Part shown: positions 1-11,220 of the stretch, piece by piece
Layout of the letters: each line of letters begins with the position of its first letter
How positions within the stretch are numbered: position 1 is the first letter of the stretch
Assembly (NCBI RefSeq): GCF_006345805.1
Contig: NC_043009.1
Coordinates: 65,162,001 to 65,226,000 of the forward strand
Direction: 5' to 3'
Length of the DNA: 64,000 nucleotides
Origin: Octopus sinensis
Taxonomy: Eukaryota
Position numbers and translations under genes: made by a program
The notes under the pieces: generated by a model
The model's database searches: none
Seen by the model: only the letters and a program-made list of their open reading frames with translations
Told to the model about the DNA's origin: nothing

Positions 1-683
1 TGTGTGTGTGCTATTATTCCATTTTTATTATAATAACCAGATAAGAGCTTTTCTAGTTTCCCCACCCTTTTAAATTCTTAAATAGTATCTTAGAACTATA
101 ATTGCAAAACGGGGGAAAAAAACAACAACGGAAGAACAAAAGAAAATATAAGCAAGATTAAAAGCCCACCATCACCACCACTACCACCACCACCACCACT
201 AATAATACTAACACAACCGACAACAATCAGCAACTATAACCGCCACCACTGCCGCCGCCGTCATGTCACCACTACCACCGCCACCACCACCACCACCACC
301 ATCACCACTGCCGCCACCACCACCATAACTATTAACAACAATCACAATCACAACAGCAAGGGGAAAGGGGAAGAAAAAGAAATGTGCAACAAAAGACAAA
401 AACATTCGACAAAAGAAAAGAAAAAAATGGTAATCGACAAGAATATGAATATATAAATATATATAATGTAGAGAAAAGATGCATAAAATATGATGAGATG
501 ATTACGACGACGACGGCGATGACGATGATGATGATGAATATGATGATTGTTGTGATATTGAAGGTGAGTGATAGATACGACTATATTAATAGCGACAACA
601 GCAAAACAGGCATCCGGCAATATTATTTACGAAAGCCAGAACTAGTAATATTAATAACAGTAATAATAATAATAATAATAATA

Positions 684-836
684 CCGTCACTTAGCGGTTC
701 GGAAAAAAGAGACTAATAGAATAAGTACTGGGCTTACAAAAAGAATAAGTCCCGGGGTCGAGTTGCTCGACTAAAGGCGGTGCTCCAGCATGGCCGCAGT
801 CAAATGACTGAAACAAGTAAAAGAGTAAAAGAGAGT
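684..836 (+). mobile_element. tRNA-derived SINE family A, 3' fragment
   Basis: TTAGCGGTTCGG...GACTAAAGGCGGTGCTCCAGCATGGCCGCAGTCAAATGACTGAAACAAGTAAAAGAG tail, shared with many copies in the window. Confidence 0.85.
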
Positions 837-1100
837 ATACCGTGGTTAGTGTTAATAATATTAATCGTACCAGGATGAGTCAAAAGATTCTTGTATTTCA
901 AGCGATAACCAAATAATCAAACAAATTACATACGTAAAATGTTTATATCCTGTCGTATTCTAGTGTCTGTTGCCATTGTTCTTGTGCCAGAATCTCAATT
1001 CCTCGTTTATACCATTTGGCTGGTTTACAAACAAAAACCCACCTGCACCCGTTTTTAACCTCATCCATATAGGAATGAGAACCCAAGTTCGAAATTTCCC

Positions 1101-1228
1101 CAAGACACCTGATGAAGGCTGGAGGGTATATCAGCCGAAATGTTGTGTTAACAACAAACAAGATGAGGAAAAATATCAGTCAAATGTAAATAGTGTATAT
1201 AATTCCTCATCTCCAAAATATAGAACTA
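1101..1228 (+). mobile_element. PLE-like pseudo-LTR fragment inserted into the mariner
   Basis: Non-mariner segment between the HDN..TAN and ELG..VL mariner motifs; contains a hammerhead motif; boundaries approximate. Confidence 0.65.
1104..1149 (+). ncRNA. Minimal type I hammerhead ribozyme motif (extra A after A9; stem III C>T mutated)
   Basis: GACAC CTGATGA A GGCTG gagggtatat CAGCC GAAA TGT T GTGTT: stem I GACAC/GTGTT, stem II GGCTG/CAGCC. Confidence 0.7.
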
Positions 1229-2455
1229 CATTGGCAGTGTTTGCTGAGACGTTGTCATGTTGTCGAAGTGCGGGTCTTCGATTGAGCAATGCCAGATAGC
1301 AGGTTTTCAAAGCATCATATACCCGCCGCAGTTGTTATGCATAACGGTTAACGTTCACAGCATGACCGTCTGGGTCAAACTCATAGTGTAACACCGCATC
1401 GCGATTCCACCAAACGCATAACATGACCTTCGATTCAAAATACCCTCGCTTGACAACTGGTTCTGAAGCCTGGTTGGAACGAAGCCACTGATTTTCCTTC
1501 TTAGGATTACAAAAACAGATCCATTTTACATCTTCAGTTGCAATTCGACGCCACAAGCGGACATCACGATGATTTGCTCGCAGTTTGCAAATATCCACAC
1601 GTCGTCGACGTTGGTCATTGGTCAGTTCATGAAGGAACATCTCGACAGCGTCTGTTCACAAGGCCGAGATTATGGCCGTGGCGATTAATGGGGCTTTGTG
1701 AAGGATCAAGTTCTGCTGACAATGTACGAGTGTTTGTGCTTGACTGTTGGTCAACCGTTTCAAGGAAGCCCCATTTCTACAATAGAAGGTCTTCCTGAAC
1801 TTGGTTTATCTTTGAGGTTAGTGTCACCTTCCTTGAAGCGTGTGAACCAGGTTCGGGCCATCCAGATAGTTAATTCTTAGACTCAGTCTTTGTCCTGCGG
1901 GTTGCGTAAAATGGCTCTCATCACAATTATTTCACCGTTCAATATTAAAAGCTGTAAAATAAAGAATAAACAATTAATGTTTATGTGTTACATATATGTA
2001 TAAAGAATAAAGAATAAACAATACAGCAACGACTGGAGAAAAAAGACATGTATCTAGTTAATGATATAACATGGAGATACAAGTTGCCAAAAATCATGAG
2101 TGAAAATCCGGAAAAATCTTTGAACTGAAACTGTTAATAAAGACGATAATAATAAGGATAATCACAATAGTAAAAACTCTTTTTAATTTTGGCGAAAGAC
2201 CAGAAACTTTGAGAAGAAGGAGACGAAGAAGTGACAAAACATTTCTTTTCTCTCCAATCAACATCATTGCCTGCTCTTGTATCGATTGCCAAGATTTGAA
2301 AGAACACCAAATAGAACGCATTCCAATCTTCTAGAATACGTCAGAGTAAGCTGGAAAGACAGCGAAAATGTTAGGCGCGTCATTTCAGTCACAATATAGA
2401 CGTTTCGTTATTTGAAAGTTTGAACATTAGAACATGTGTGAGTATATACATACAT

Positions 2456-2497
<42 letters not shown>

Positions 2498-2500
<3 letters not shown>

Positions 2501-3131
2501 CTAATATTGAGGGGTCAGCAAAAGAAATGCATCACCACATACCGAAGTTCAGAAATAGCAGCCAAAATCTAAGCCATTTCTTCTACGTAAAAAAGGGTCT
2601 ACCAGAGAAACCATAATACTTGAATCTTATTCATCCAGGCAGAGGGTAACGTAACGAAAATCAATCAATATCCGATTATCCATAATCTGGCGGTACTAGC
2701 ATTAGCGACCGTTACATTGAAGGAGTCATTCTAATGTCTTAGTACCTTCGGATTATTGCAGAAAATCCATACTGAAGAGGAATGTGGTTAGTAAAGTTTA
2801 TATTTTTGGATATTCTTTACTTGAATCCTGATTCCGAAACGCGCGTCTATGGATAATCGGATATTGATTGATTTTCGTTACGTTACCCTCTGCCTGGATG
2901 AATAAGATTCAAGTATTATGGTTTCTCTGGTAGACCCATTTTTAAGTAGAAGAAATGGCTTAGATTTTGGCTTTTATTTCTGAACTTCGGTATGTGGTGA
3001 TGCATTTCTTTTGCTAACCCCTCAATATTAGTATTACTAGAATTTACCGTATAACGGTCCTGTTTTCATACCGAATTCTACTTGGTGAAATTTATTGATT
3101 ACTTCGTAATTAATTAGTTTTACCTTAATTG
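2498..3131 (+). mobile_element. PLE-like pLTR element with 187-bp inverted arms, embedded in (TA)n
   Basis: 2498-2684 is the reverse complement of 2848-3034 (5 mismatches counted by eye); hammerhead in the spacer; (TA)n on both flanks; homologous to 29399-30291. Confidence 0.7.
2765..2854 (+). ncRNA. Canonical type I hammerhead ribozyme, predicted cleavage after GUC at 2847
   Basis: ATCCATA CTGAAGA GGAAT...ATTCC GAAA CGCGCG TC TATGGAT: 7-bp stem I, perfect CUGANGA/GAAA core, 5-bp stem II plus internal AGTAAAG/CTTTACT hairpin, palindromic stem III ACGCGCGT. Confidence 0.85.
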
Positions 3132-3176
<45 letters not shown>

Positions 3177-3182
<6 letters not shown>

Positions 3183-3385
3183 ATCCAAACAAGAAAACAC
3201 AAAAAAACACAGCAACGCGAGGACGTGGAACAAATAAAGTATTATTGGACGCTCAGGAAAGAAGGGAAGAAGGAGGGTTTAACGTTTCGAGCGGAGCTCT
3301 TCGTCGGACACATAGGAGAAGGAAAGATCCCGAGAAGGGAAGACAGAGGAAAAAAATCGCTGGCGGTACTCACGAGGTCACATAT
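3177..3385 (-). mobile_element. PLE-like pLTR repeat family P2, copy 1, abutting (TA)n
   Basis: Closely similar to 30324-30520; both begin GTTAATCCAAACAAG directly after (TA)n; carries a hammerhead-like motif. Confidence 0.6.
3277..3311 (-). ncRNA. Minimal hammerhead variant (U4C, extra A)
   Basis: Minus strand GTGT CCGACGA A GAGC TCC GCTC GAAA CGT T AAAC. Confidence 0.5.
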
Positions 3386-3414
3386 ATATAGGGAGAATTC
3401 ACAAAAAAAAAAAG

Positions 3415-3585
3415 CAAAAGACGAAGACAGGTGGTGTAGAAAACAAACAGATGCATTAGTACAACGCTCTGGAAGTGAAAAAGTCTTTAACGTTTCGAGC
3501 CTACGCCCTTCTACAGAAAGGAACACAGAAAGAAACAAGGAGAGAAAATAAAGAATGTGTAGTGGCTAGCGATCTATCATGGCGA
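3415..3585 (-). mobile_element. PLE-like pLTR repeat family P3, copy 1
   Basis: GAAGACAGGTGGTGTA...AACGTTTCGAGCCTACGC..CAGAAAGG recurs at 8630-8750 and 34045-34275. Confidence 0.6.
3485..3520 (-). ncRNA. Minimal hammerhead variant (A6U, extra A)
   Basis: Minus strand CTTT CTGTAGA A GGGC GTAG GCTC GAAA CGT T AAAG. Confidence 0.45.
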
Positions 3586-3769
3586 ATGACGGACGGAAGA
3601 GTACAGCTGCATCCACAATTTGCAGTGGGGTTATAGTTGAGTGCCTGAATAACACCTAAGTTTCATCAGAGCTTCAAATATGAAGTGCAATTTATTTGGG
3701 AAAACGCATAAGCTCGTGAATACGTGCATACTTACATACGTACATACACACCACAACATGCACGCATGA

Positions 3770-4200
3770 TAATTCCATTCTTGTTAGCAGAGGCCTCATA
3801 CACTTCCACCATTCTGCACCACGCAAAGTTTTCTTTCTCAGGGTCCTCTGCTTCATGTTTTTGATATTATCGCTCCATCTTCTTGTTTGTCGCATGCGAG
3901 ACCCTTCACTGACCCCGCAAACTTCAGAAGATGCGGTAACAAAGTTTAGTTCAAATATTACAGCAGTTTTTCTCGTCTGGTCCTCAATACCAAATTGTGA
4001 TCCGCTTGCATCTCCTCCATGATAGAATTGTTCGTTGTGCAGCCCACCCAACTGCTCCACAGTGCTTACGTCATTTCCAACGCCCCTCGCTTCGTGTCGG
4101 CCAACCTATAAGCGTTACTGACCAGATCAAGGTTTTTACAAGTTCCAGCTGGAGCATCGTAAGTTGTTTTTACGGAACAAATTACAAGACATTTTTTTTT
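3770..4200 (-). mobile_element. RTE-clade LINE 3' fragment
   Basis: Peptides LELVKTLIWSVTLIG and GVSEGSRMRQTRRWSDNIK..AEWWK match the typical RTE ORF C-terminus (GxRxRGRxRxRWxDNI); frameshifted. Confidence 0.75.
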
Positions 4201-4209
4201 ACCATGGAC

Positions 4210-4655
4210 GCAGGCGTGGCTGTGTGGTAAGAAGCTTGCTTGCCAGCTTCCCAACCACATTTTCCCGAGTCTAGTCTCATTAGGTGACACCTTGAGCAAG
4301 AGTTTTCTACTATAGTCACGGGCCGAGCAAAGCCTTACGAGTAGATATGGAAGAAGGAAACTGAAAGAAGCCCGTCGTATATATATATATATATGTATGT
4401 TTTGTGCGTGTTTGTTTGTGCGTGTGTCTTTGTGTGTGTGTGTTTGTGTGTGTCTGTGTTATGTGTGGGTGTCTTTATAGTTTTGTTTGTCCCCCACCGC
4501 CTCTTAACCGGTATTGGTTCGTTTATGTCCGTGTAACTTTAAGTACTAGGCTTATAAAAATAAGTCCCGGGGTCGATTCGTCTGACTGAAAGTCTTCAAG
4601 GTGGTGCCCCAGCATGACCGCAGTCAAATGACCGAAACAAATAAAAGAATAAACG
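4210..4655 (+). mobile_element. SINE family A, full length
   Basis: Head GGCGTGGCTGTGTGGTAAG (A-box-like), internal (TA)/(TG) tract, conserved tail; probably one of the described octopus tRNA-SINE families (OK/OR), assignment not verifiable here. Confidence 0.85.
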
Positions 4656-5084
4656 AAAAAAAAAAAAAACTCAAACTGTCAATCTGAATGAAAACTAGAA
4701 ATTAGAATAAGTTTATTTCTGGATTCAAAAGTTATATTCTGAGAAATTTTATGCATAATTAAGTTTTAGTATACAATTATACTGTAGACAAGCACTTGGA
4801 CTTCGTTAGCTTTTAAGTCATAGGAAGGATAAGGATAATCGCATGAGGACGAATTTTGACTGCGACGTATTTCTTTAATATATGTGTAGTTTACAACGCA
4901 GAGCGCATATTGTCTCTCAATTCTAGCGTTTGGAAAGTTATTAGCCAACAGAATTTATGCCTGATTATATACACGTTCAACACGTCATCTATATAGCTAG
5001 AAATAAATTCATTTGCGCGAAACAGGCCTGTTAACACTGATTAAATAGTGGCAGCCAGGTTAACTCTGTGTCAGAGCAGCCAAC

Positions 5085-5130
5085 TGTCGCTGATGATTCT
5101 CATAGCTTATGAAATGAAATTCGCACGACA
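5085..5130 (+). ncRNA. Degenerate hammerhead motif
   Basis: TGTCG CTGATGA TTCTCATA gct TATGAAAT GAAA TTCGCA CGACA: stem I TGTCG/CGACA, canonical core, NUH triplet mutated (GCA). Confidence 0.4.
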
Positions 5131-5583
5131 AAGGTATTTGCTGATATTTCATTCCATATTTCTTTGAATGGTAAATCTTGTGTTTGAACTCGCCGTTATT
5201 TCACACAGGTTTTTGTCATAGATTGTTTTTTTTTTTTTTATCTAATTTAGTAAATACTGAGGAATATTTGTGAATTATACCCGAATCAATTAGACGCAAT
5301 TATACCGCATGTCGTTTTTATCGAGTTTATCATATATACGCACACGCACACTCATACATCTTCGTACGTGGACACACACTTAAACACACACTTATACATA
5401 TATGGATATATATAATACATACATTCATGCGTAGGTATATATATCCACACACACACACACACACACACCACACACACACATATATATATATGTACAGAAA
5501 AATTTAGATTTAGATTAATATGGTACTTAAGTTAAAGGCACCAGAATTGTGTATGGTATTATCCATATAAATATATATGTGTA

Positions 5584-5638
<55 letters not shown>

Positions 5639-6142
5639 CAAACATGCATACATACATATGTGTGTGTAGTTATGAGTGAACGTGGGTGTATAAGACGAGT
5701 TCCTGCACAGTTTCGTCTACCGCATTCCACACACAACAGTTAGTGAACCTGAAACGACGTTAGAAACTCGATTTCGAGTATCAATAACAGACTTGTGGCT
5801 TGTTCAGCAAACCATTTAGAAGTCTGGACATCGAACGCACTTCCTCTCCGCTCCATCTAAATAGAACGTGGAAGAATCAGAAGAGTCCGACCAAATACGC
5901 GTAATCGCATTTTAAGAAATCTATTTAATACCGATCAATATGTTGGAAACGTCTAAGCTTGGCTGAGAGGCTGCTACATCCATCCATTTTATTACCGATT
6001 CCTACACCGTCTTAACGTACATATATGATAACGATCCGGCTGTAATGAGGGCGATAATTTTGGTCATTCAGGCCCTGTTTGGGAAAATCCACCATCAACC
6101 TTAAAGCTTCGTTTTTACTACTATTTAGCTAAATTGTTTTTC

Positions 6143-6818
6143 GGATAAAGGGACATATATCCAAACCACTCTGTTAAAATCGGATTAATACCCGGTGTTA
6201 TTTGGCGAAACTGTTTTTTCTTTCTCTTTCTTTTGCAGGCAGAAAACTACAGAATACGTGGGTGTCTCTTTCTCAAGCAAAGAACCACACTCCTTTGTTT
6301 CGCATTGCTATCATGTATATTTCTGTAACTGGATTCAACCCTTAAATGCGAACTCATTTTGACAGCATTTGTTGATGTACAAGTTTGCATTATTTTTGTT
6401 GTTGGTATCTTTGTCCATGCTACGTGCATTGAGTATATCTGAGCTTCCTTGTATCCGTTTCTTCCATTGCCATTTTTCCTGTTCATTTCTTTTCACTTCG
6501 TTTTCATGTTGTCGAAAATTATTTAAACATTTTCTTTTGAGAGAGAGCATATCCTGTACTATTCTTTTTTTGTGCTTGTTCCTCTTACTGGCTCTCAAGC
6601 AGAATAGACTGTAACTACCAGAAAACTTTCTAGAAAAATAATGTCGGCAAGACGTATGTTTATGTCTACCCAAGGTGTTGGAAGAGACACCCACGTGTTC
6701 TGAAGTTTTCTGCCTACAAAAGAAAGAGAAAGAAAAAAAAAACAAAACAGTTTCGCCAAATAACACCGGGTATTAATCCGATTTTAACAGAGTGGTTTGG
6801 ATATATGTCCCTTTATCC
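6143..6818. repeat. Inverted repeat with ~130-bp arms (6143-6270 / 6682-6818) around a ~410-bp spacer; possibly PLE-like
   Basis: Arms are near-perfect reverse complements; each contains polypyrimidine+YAG. Confidence 0.8.
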
Positions 6819-7562
6819 AAAAACACACATGAATAATAATACTAATACTAATAATAATAATAATAATAACAATGATAACAACGATATGGAGGATGATGAC
6901 GATAATAATAAAAATAATAACAACAGCAATAATAGTAATAATTGTGAGCTTGCAGCATATCAAATGTCTTATCACCACTCTGCTCATCAATATTCTGTTG
7001 GTTTGTTGCAAGTTCGTTCGTTATCTTCATCCTCTCTCTCTATCCTCTCTCCCCCTCTCTATGCCCACATGATCACTCAAACTCACCCCCTCACTATATC
7101 TCTTACTCTAGCTTCTCCCTCTGTTCTCCATATCTCCTCTTGTTTTCGATCACCTTTTTTTCTTTGTGATGCATTCGCCTTTTCTCTGCTGTTTGTTTCT
7201 GTTTGTCTTATATTTCCTTCCATCTTTTGATATCTTTGCTTATCACTCGAGTCGTTAGTCTTTTCATCTCATGCTAGCTTCTTCTTTAATCTTCTTCTTC
7301 TCCCTCTTCTCTGCTCTCAACGACAATTCCAGTGACAGCAACAACCACAAAAATAATCACCAACGAAAAACTTCCCATCATCACCTGTACCGGGAGCACT
7401 ACCACCGCTACCAATACCACACCACCAACACAACTACCATCACCACTACCACTATACTACCACTAAACACTATACTACCATCAAACACCAGCCTAGGTAC
7501 AAAACCAGCATCACTATCACCCACCATCACCACCATTACCACCACCACCACCACCTCAATCT

Positions 7563-7755
7563 TGGGGTCATGGTTTCAATTCCGGGTGTTGGGCCGGGTA
7601 GTGCGTTGCGTTGTGTTCTTCAGTAAAGCACTTCACCTCACGTTACTCTGCGATCTCTTCGACACCCGACGAGAGGTACACCGAGCACCTGTTCAGGCAA
7701 CGTCGATTTGATGGAGAGAATTGGCTAACGAGAGGCACGAAACTTTGATCCGTCA
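7563..7755 (+). mobile_element. SINE family E, partial
   Basis: B-box-like GGTTTCAATTCC followed by GTGTTCTTCAGTAAAGCACTTCACCTCACGTT core-like segment. Confidence 0.45.
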
Positions 7756-7762
7756 CATACAA

Positions 7763-7998
7763 GGCGGTCAGCTGGCAGAAACGTTAACGCGCCTGGCGAA
7801 ATGCTTAGCAGTATTTCGTCTGTCGTTACGTTCTGAGTTCAAATTCCGCCGAGGTCGATTTTTGCCTTTCATCCTGTCGGGGTCGATTAAATAAGTGCCA
7901 GTTACGCACTGAGGTCGATGTAATCGACTTAATCCGTTTGTCTGTCCTTGTTTGTCCCCTCTATGTTTAGCTCCTTGTTGGCAATAAAGAAATAAGAA
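7763..7998 (+). mobile_element. SINE family B, full length
   Basis: GGCGG..AGCTGGCAGAAACGTTA...GAGTTCAAATTCC (B box)...GTCGATGTAATCGACTTAATCC...AAAGAAATA; several more copies in the window. Confidence 0.85.
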
Positions 7999-8591
7999 TG
8001 CATCACATACACATACACGCATACAAACACACATACACACACACATACATGCACACATTTATAATTCGTGTATGAAAGTGGGCACACATACATTATATAT
8101 TCGAAAGACAGAATGAACAAACAAAGAATATGGTTTCACTTTAGAGCTTTTCATTTATAATTTAAACATAATTTCAGAATTGTTTGAATAAACATGGAAT
8201 TAAGATGTTATGCATAAAGTGTTCTACAGCTGTTTCTAAAATAGCTGTTTATATGGTACATACGTATGTGCGTGTGTGTAACTTTCATTTTGGTATGTGG
8301 GTGTTTTCTGTCTGACACAAAGAATCTGAATATTTAAAAAATTTCTATAAGGATGCAGATTTTCTGGCCAATTAAGAAAACCATAATCGATTTTGTTTTT
8401 CAGAAACCAGTGAAGAATTTTACGAGCATTTAAGTCATTTGTCTTTTATTTCTTATCTGTTTCAGTTATTGGATCACGGTTTTGCAACGGAACCATCAGA
8501 TTGAATCGGTGGGTAGTGGAGAAAGTATCAAATACAGACGACACACATACATATACACATACAAACACACATATATATATGTGTGTGTGTG

Positions 8592-8627
<36 letters not shown>

Positions 8628-8629
8628 AG

Positions 8630-8750
8630 ATGAAGACAGGTGGTGTACAATACAGATGTATTAACATAACGCTCAGGAATAGAAAATGTCTTTTACGTTT
8701 CGAACCTACGCCCTTCTACAGAAAGGGACACAGAAAAAGCAAGGAGAGAA
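8630..8750 (-). mobile_element. PLE-like pLTR family P3 copy 2 with hammerhead variant at 8690-8725
   Basis: Minus strand CTTT CTGTAGA A GGGC GTAG GTTC GAAA CGT A AAAG; lies a few bases after (TA)n. Confidence 0.55.
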
Positions 8751-9053
8751 ACATATGTTTGCATCTATCTATGTATACGATAGACTTTCAACACAGTTTC
8801 CATCAACTGGGATTCACACTCACCAGGCATTGGTTAGTCTACAGCTTCAGTATTAGGCACATGCTCAGATTTTCTGTTACTCTCATTTACTGTAATCCGC
8901 AGATTTAAAACCATTCAATTATACTAAAATTTCACTTCTTTTCAACAATCGGTTACAGGAAATTCCGAGTAACATTTTTTTGCAGTTTCAATAAAACTCT
9001 GTCTCTGTATCTCTCACTCAAAGAAACACCACGTGACGTGAAAAACATGTACG

Positions 9054-9085
<32 letters not shown>

Positions 9086-9166
9086 ATTATATATATATAT
9101 ATATATATACATACGTATATATATACATAATATGTATATATTATATATACATCTATATGTATATAT

Positions 9167-9204
<38 letters not shown>

Positions 9205-9209
9205 CACAT

Positions 9210-9241
<32 letters not shown>

Positions 9242-9350
9242 CATACATATATATACATACCTGTATAAATACAGGTTTAAAATTATAAAATTACTAATTT
9301 ATGCCAGTGGTTAGCATGCGTAATAAAAGTCAGAAGACATGAATATTTTA

Positions 9351-9382
<32 letters not shown>

Positions 9383-9389
9383 ATGTACG

Positions 9390-9425
<36 letters not shown>

Positions 9426-9519
9426 CTTAAACACACACATGCACATACACACACACATATAACACCCTCACCTCAAAAATCACCTCAACGAAGACAGCTG
9501 CTTCTTCTATCAACAGGAC

Positions 9520-9860
9520 CGGCACCATAACCACCGCCATTTCCACAACCACAAGCTCTGCCACCATCACAACCACCACCACCACCACTTCCACCAGCAC
9601 CGCCGCCTCCGTTATTCCACTCCAGAACCACGCGCCCTTTCATGAATTCCAGCACTACCACCCCCACATCGGCCATCTGCAGGAGGATCATCTCCAACAC
9701 CACTAAAGCCACAGTAAATCACCACCGTTGTCCTCACGATCACCACCGCCACAACAACGACAATCCACAACCTCTACCACCATTACTACTACTTCTACAA
9801 CACAACCACCACCACCACCACCACCACCACCGCCACCACTAGCGCCACCTCGTTCCTCTA
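9520..9860. repeat. Degenerate (ACC)n low-complexity tract
   Basis: CAC/ACC-rich; source of the poly-H/P/T ORFs. Confidence 0.8.
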
Positions 9861-10503
9861 CCATCCGCTACCATTCCCTAACCTTCCGTAACACAGAGAT
9901 AGCAGCAGCAGAAAGGTCACGCCTTTCGGCTGTCCAACAGAGATAAGAAGATTCAACGGAAGCTACAGAACAGCGAAACAATTTCCAACATCTGTTTTAA
10001 TATTTCTTATCTCTTATTGTACTCACTGATAGAACATCCATCCATACCTGTGCAGTAGCGTGATGCGCAGATAGGTGACTATCTGTAGCGCGAGCGAGTG
10101 TGCGAGTGTATGTGTGTGTATGTCTATGTGTGTGTGTGAATGCATCTTGTGTATGGTTGTAGGTTGGCCTATGATGACAGAATGAATACAGACGCATTCT
10201 TATATAAATGTACATGTGTAGATGTATACGAAAGAAGATTGAAACGTGGTGCAGTATAAACATGGCTGTACACGTCTGTACGTGTTTAATCGTACATGTG
10301 TTTATTCATTTCATGTTGACACACACATTGGTATGCATATCTTTACACATGCAATCACACCAAGTGAGATGCCCGCATGCATACATACATTACATACATA
10401 CATTACACAACAAACAAAACATTCTATTCACAAAATATTCATACACAACACCAAATTCATATTTGCATGCGTTGGGGGCATGTATGTATGTATATATGAA
10501 TAT

Positions 10504-10541
<38 letters not shown>

Positions 10542-10798
10542 CATATATATATATGCACATTATATACATATGTATATAATCTATGATATATATAGTATGT
10601 ATGTATATATATATATATACACACACACCACAATGTATATAGCTATATGTATACACGTAACACACACACACACACACACATGAACACACAATATTTATGT
10701 ACTCACATTGACATACATATAAGAGTATAAGAACATATTTACCAACAAATCTTCTGATGTATCGTTATGTAATAGATACAAATTGCTCAATACTCGTA

Positions 10799-10846
<48 letters not shown>

Positions 10847-11084
10847 TATATATATATGGTTGACGGTTAGTAAGGAGAGACACAAATAAGAAAGAAGAAA
10901 ACAAAGGACCACTGATGCAGTCACAGGAGTGTGACGAAAGAACTCTGGCCGAAATAAGATTAAGATTAATGTAAAAAATAAATAACACTGAAGCAAAGTA
11001 ACACCAAATATATAGTGCGTGTGTTTTATTGGCTAAACTGGCAATATGACCATTCCGAAATATAACAATATATATATATATATA

Positions 11085-11124
<40 letters not shown>

Positions 11125-11220
11125 GATTAGTATTCTTTTGGTTTGGCTTAGCCTCGATCTTATTCTTGTAGGATTTATATGGGTAGCGGCTTACTACGTG
11201 TGACCTTAGGTATCCACAAG

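Larger units (their letters stand above)
868..1960 (-). mobile_element. Degenerate mariner transposon, interrupted by a PLE-like pLTR fragment
   Basis: Minus-strand peptides EGDTNLKDKPSSGRP, RRIATEDVKW (GDEKW-like), KVMLCVWWNRDAVLHYE, QHDNVSANTAN and KPAKWYKRGIEILAQEQWQQ, in mariner order with stops and frameshifts; TA-CCAGGATGAGTCAAAA at 868 is a likely terminus. Confidence 0.85.
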
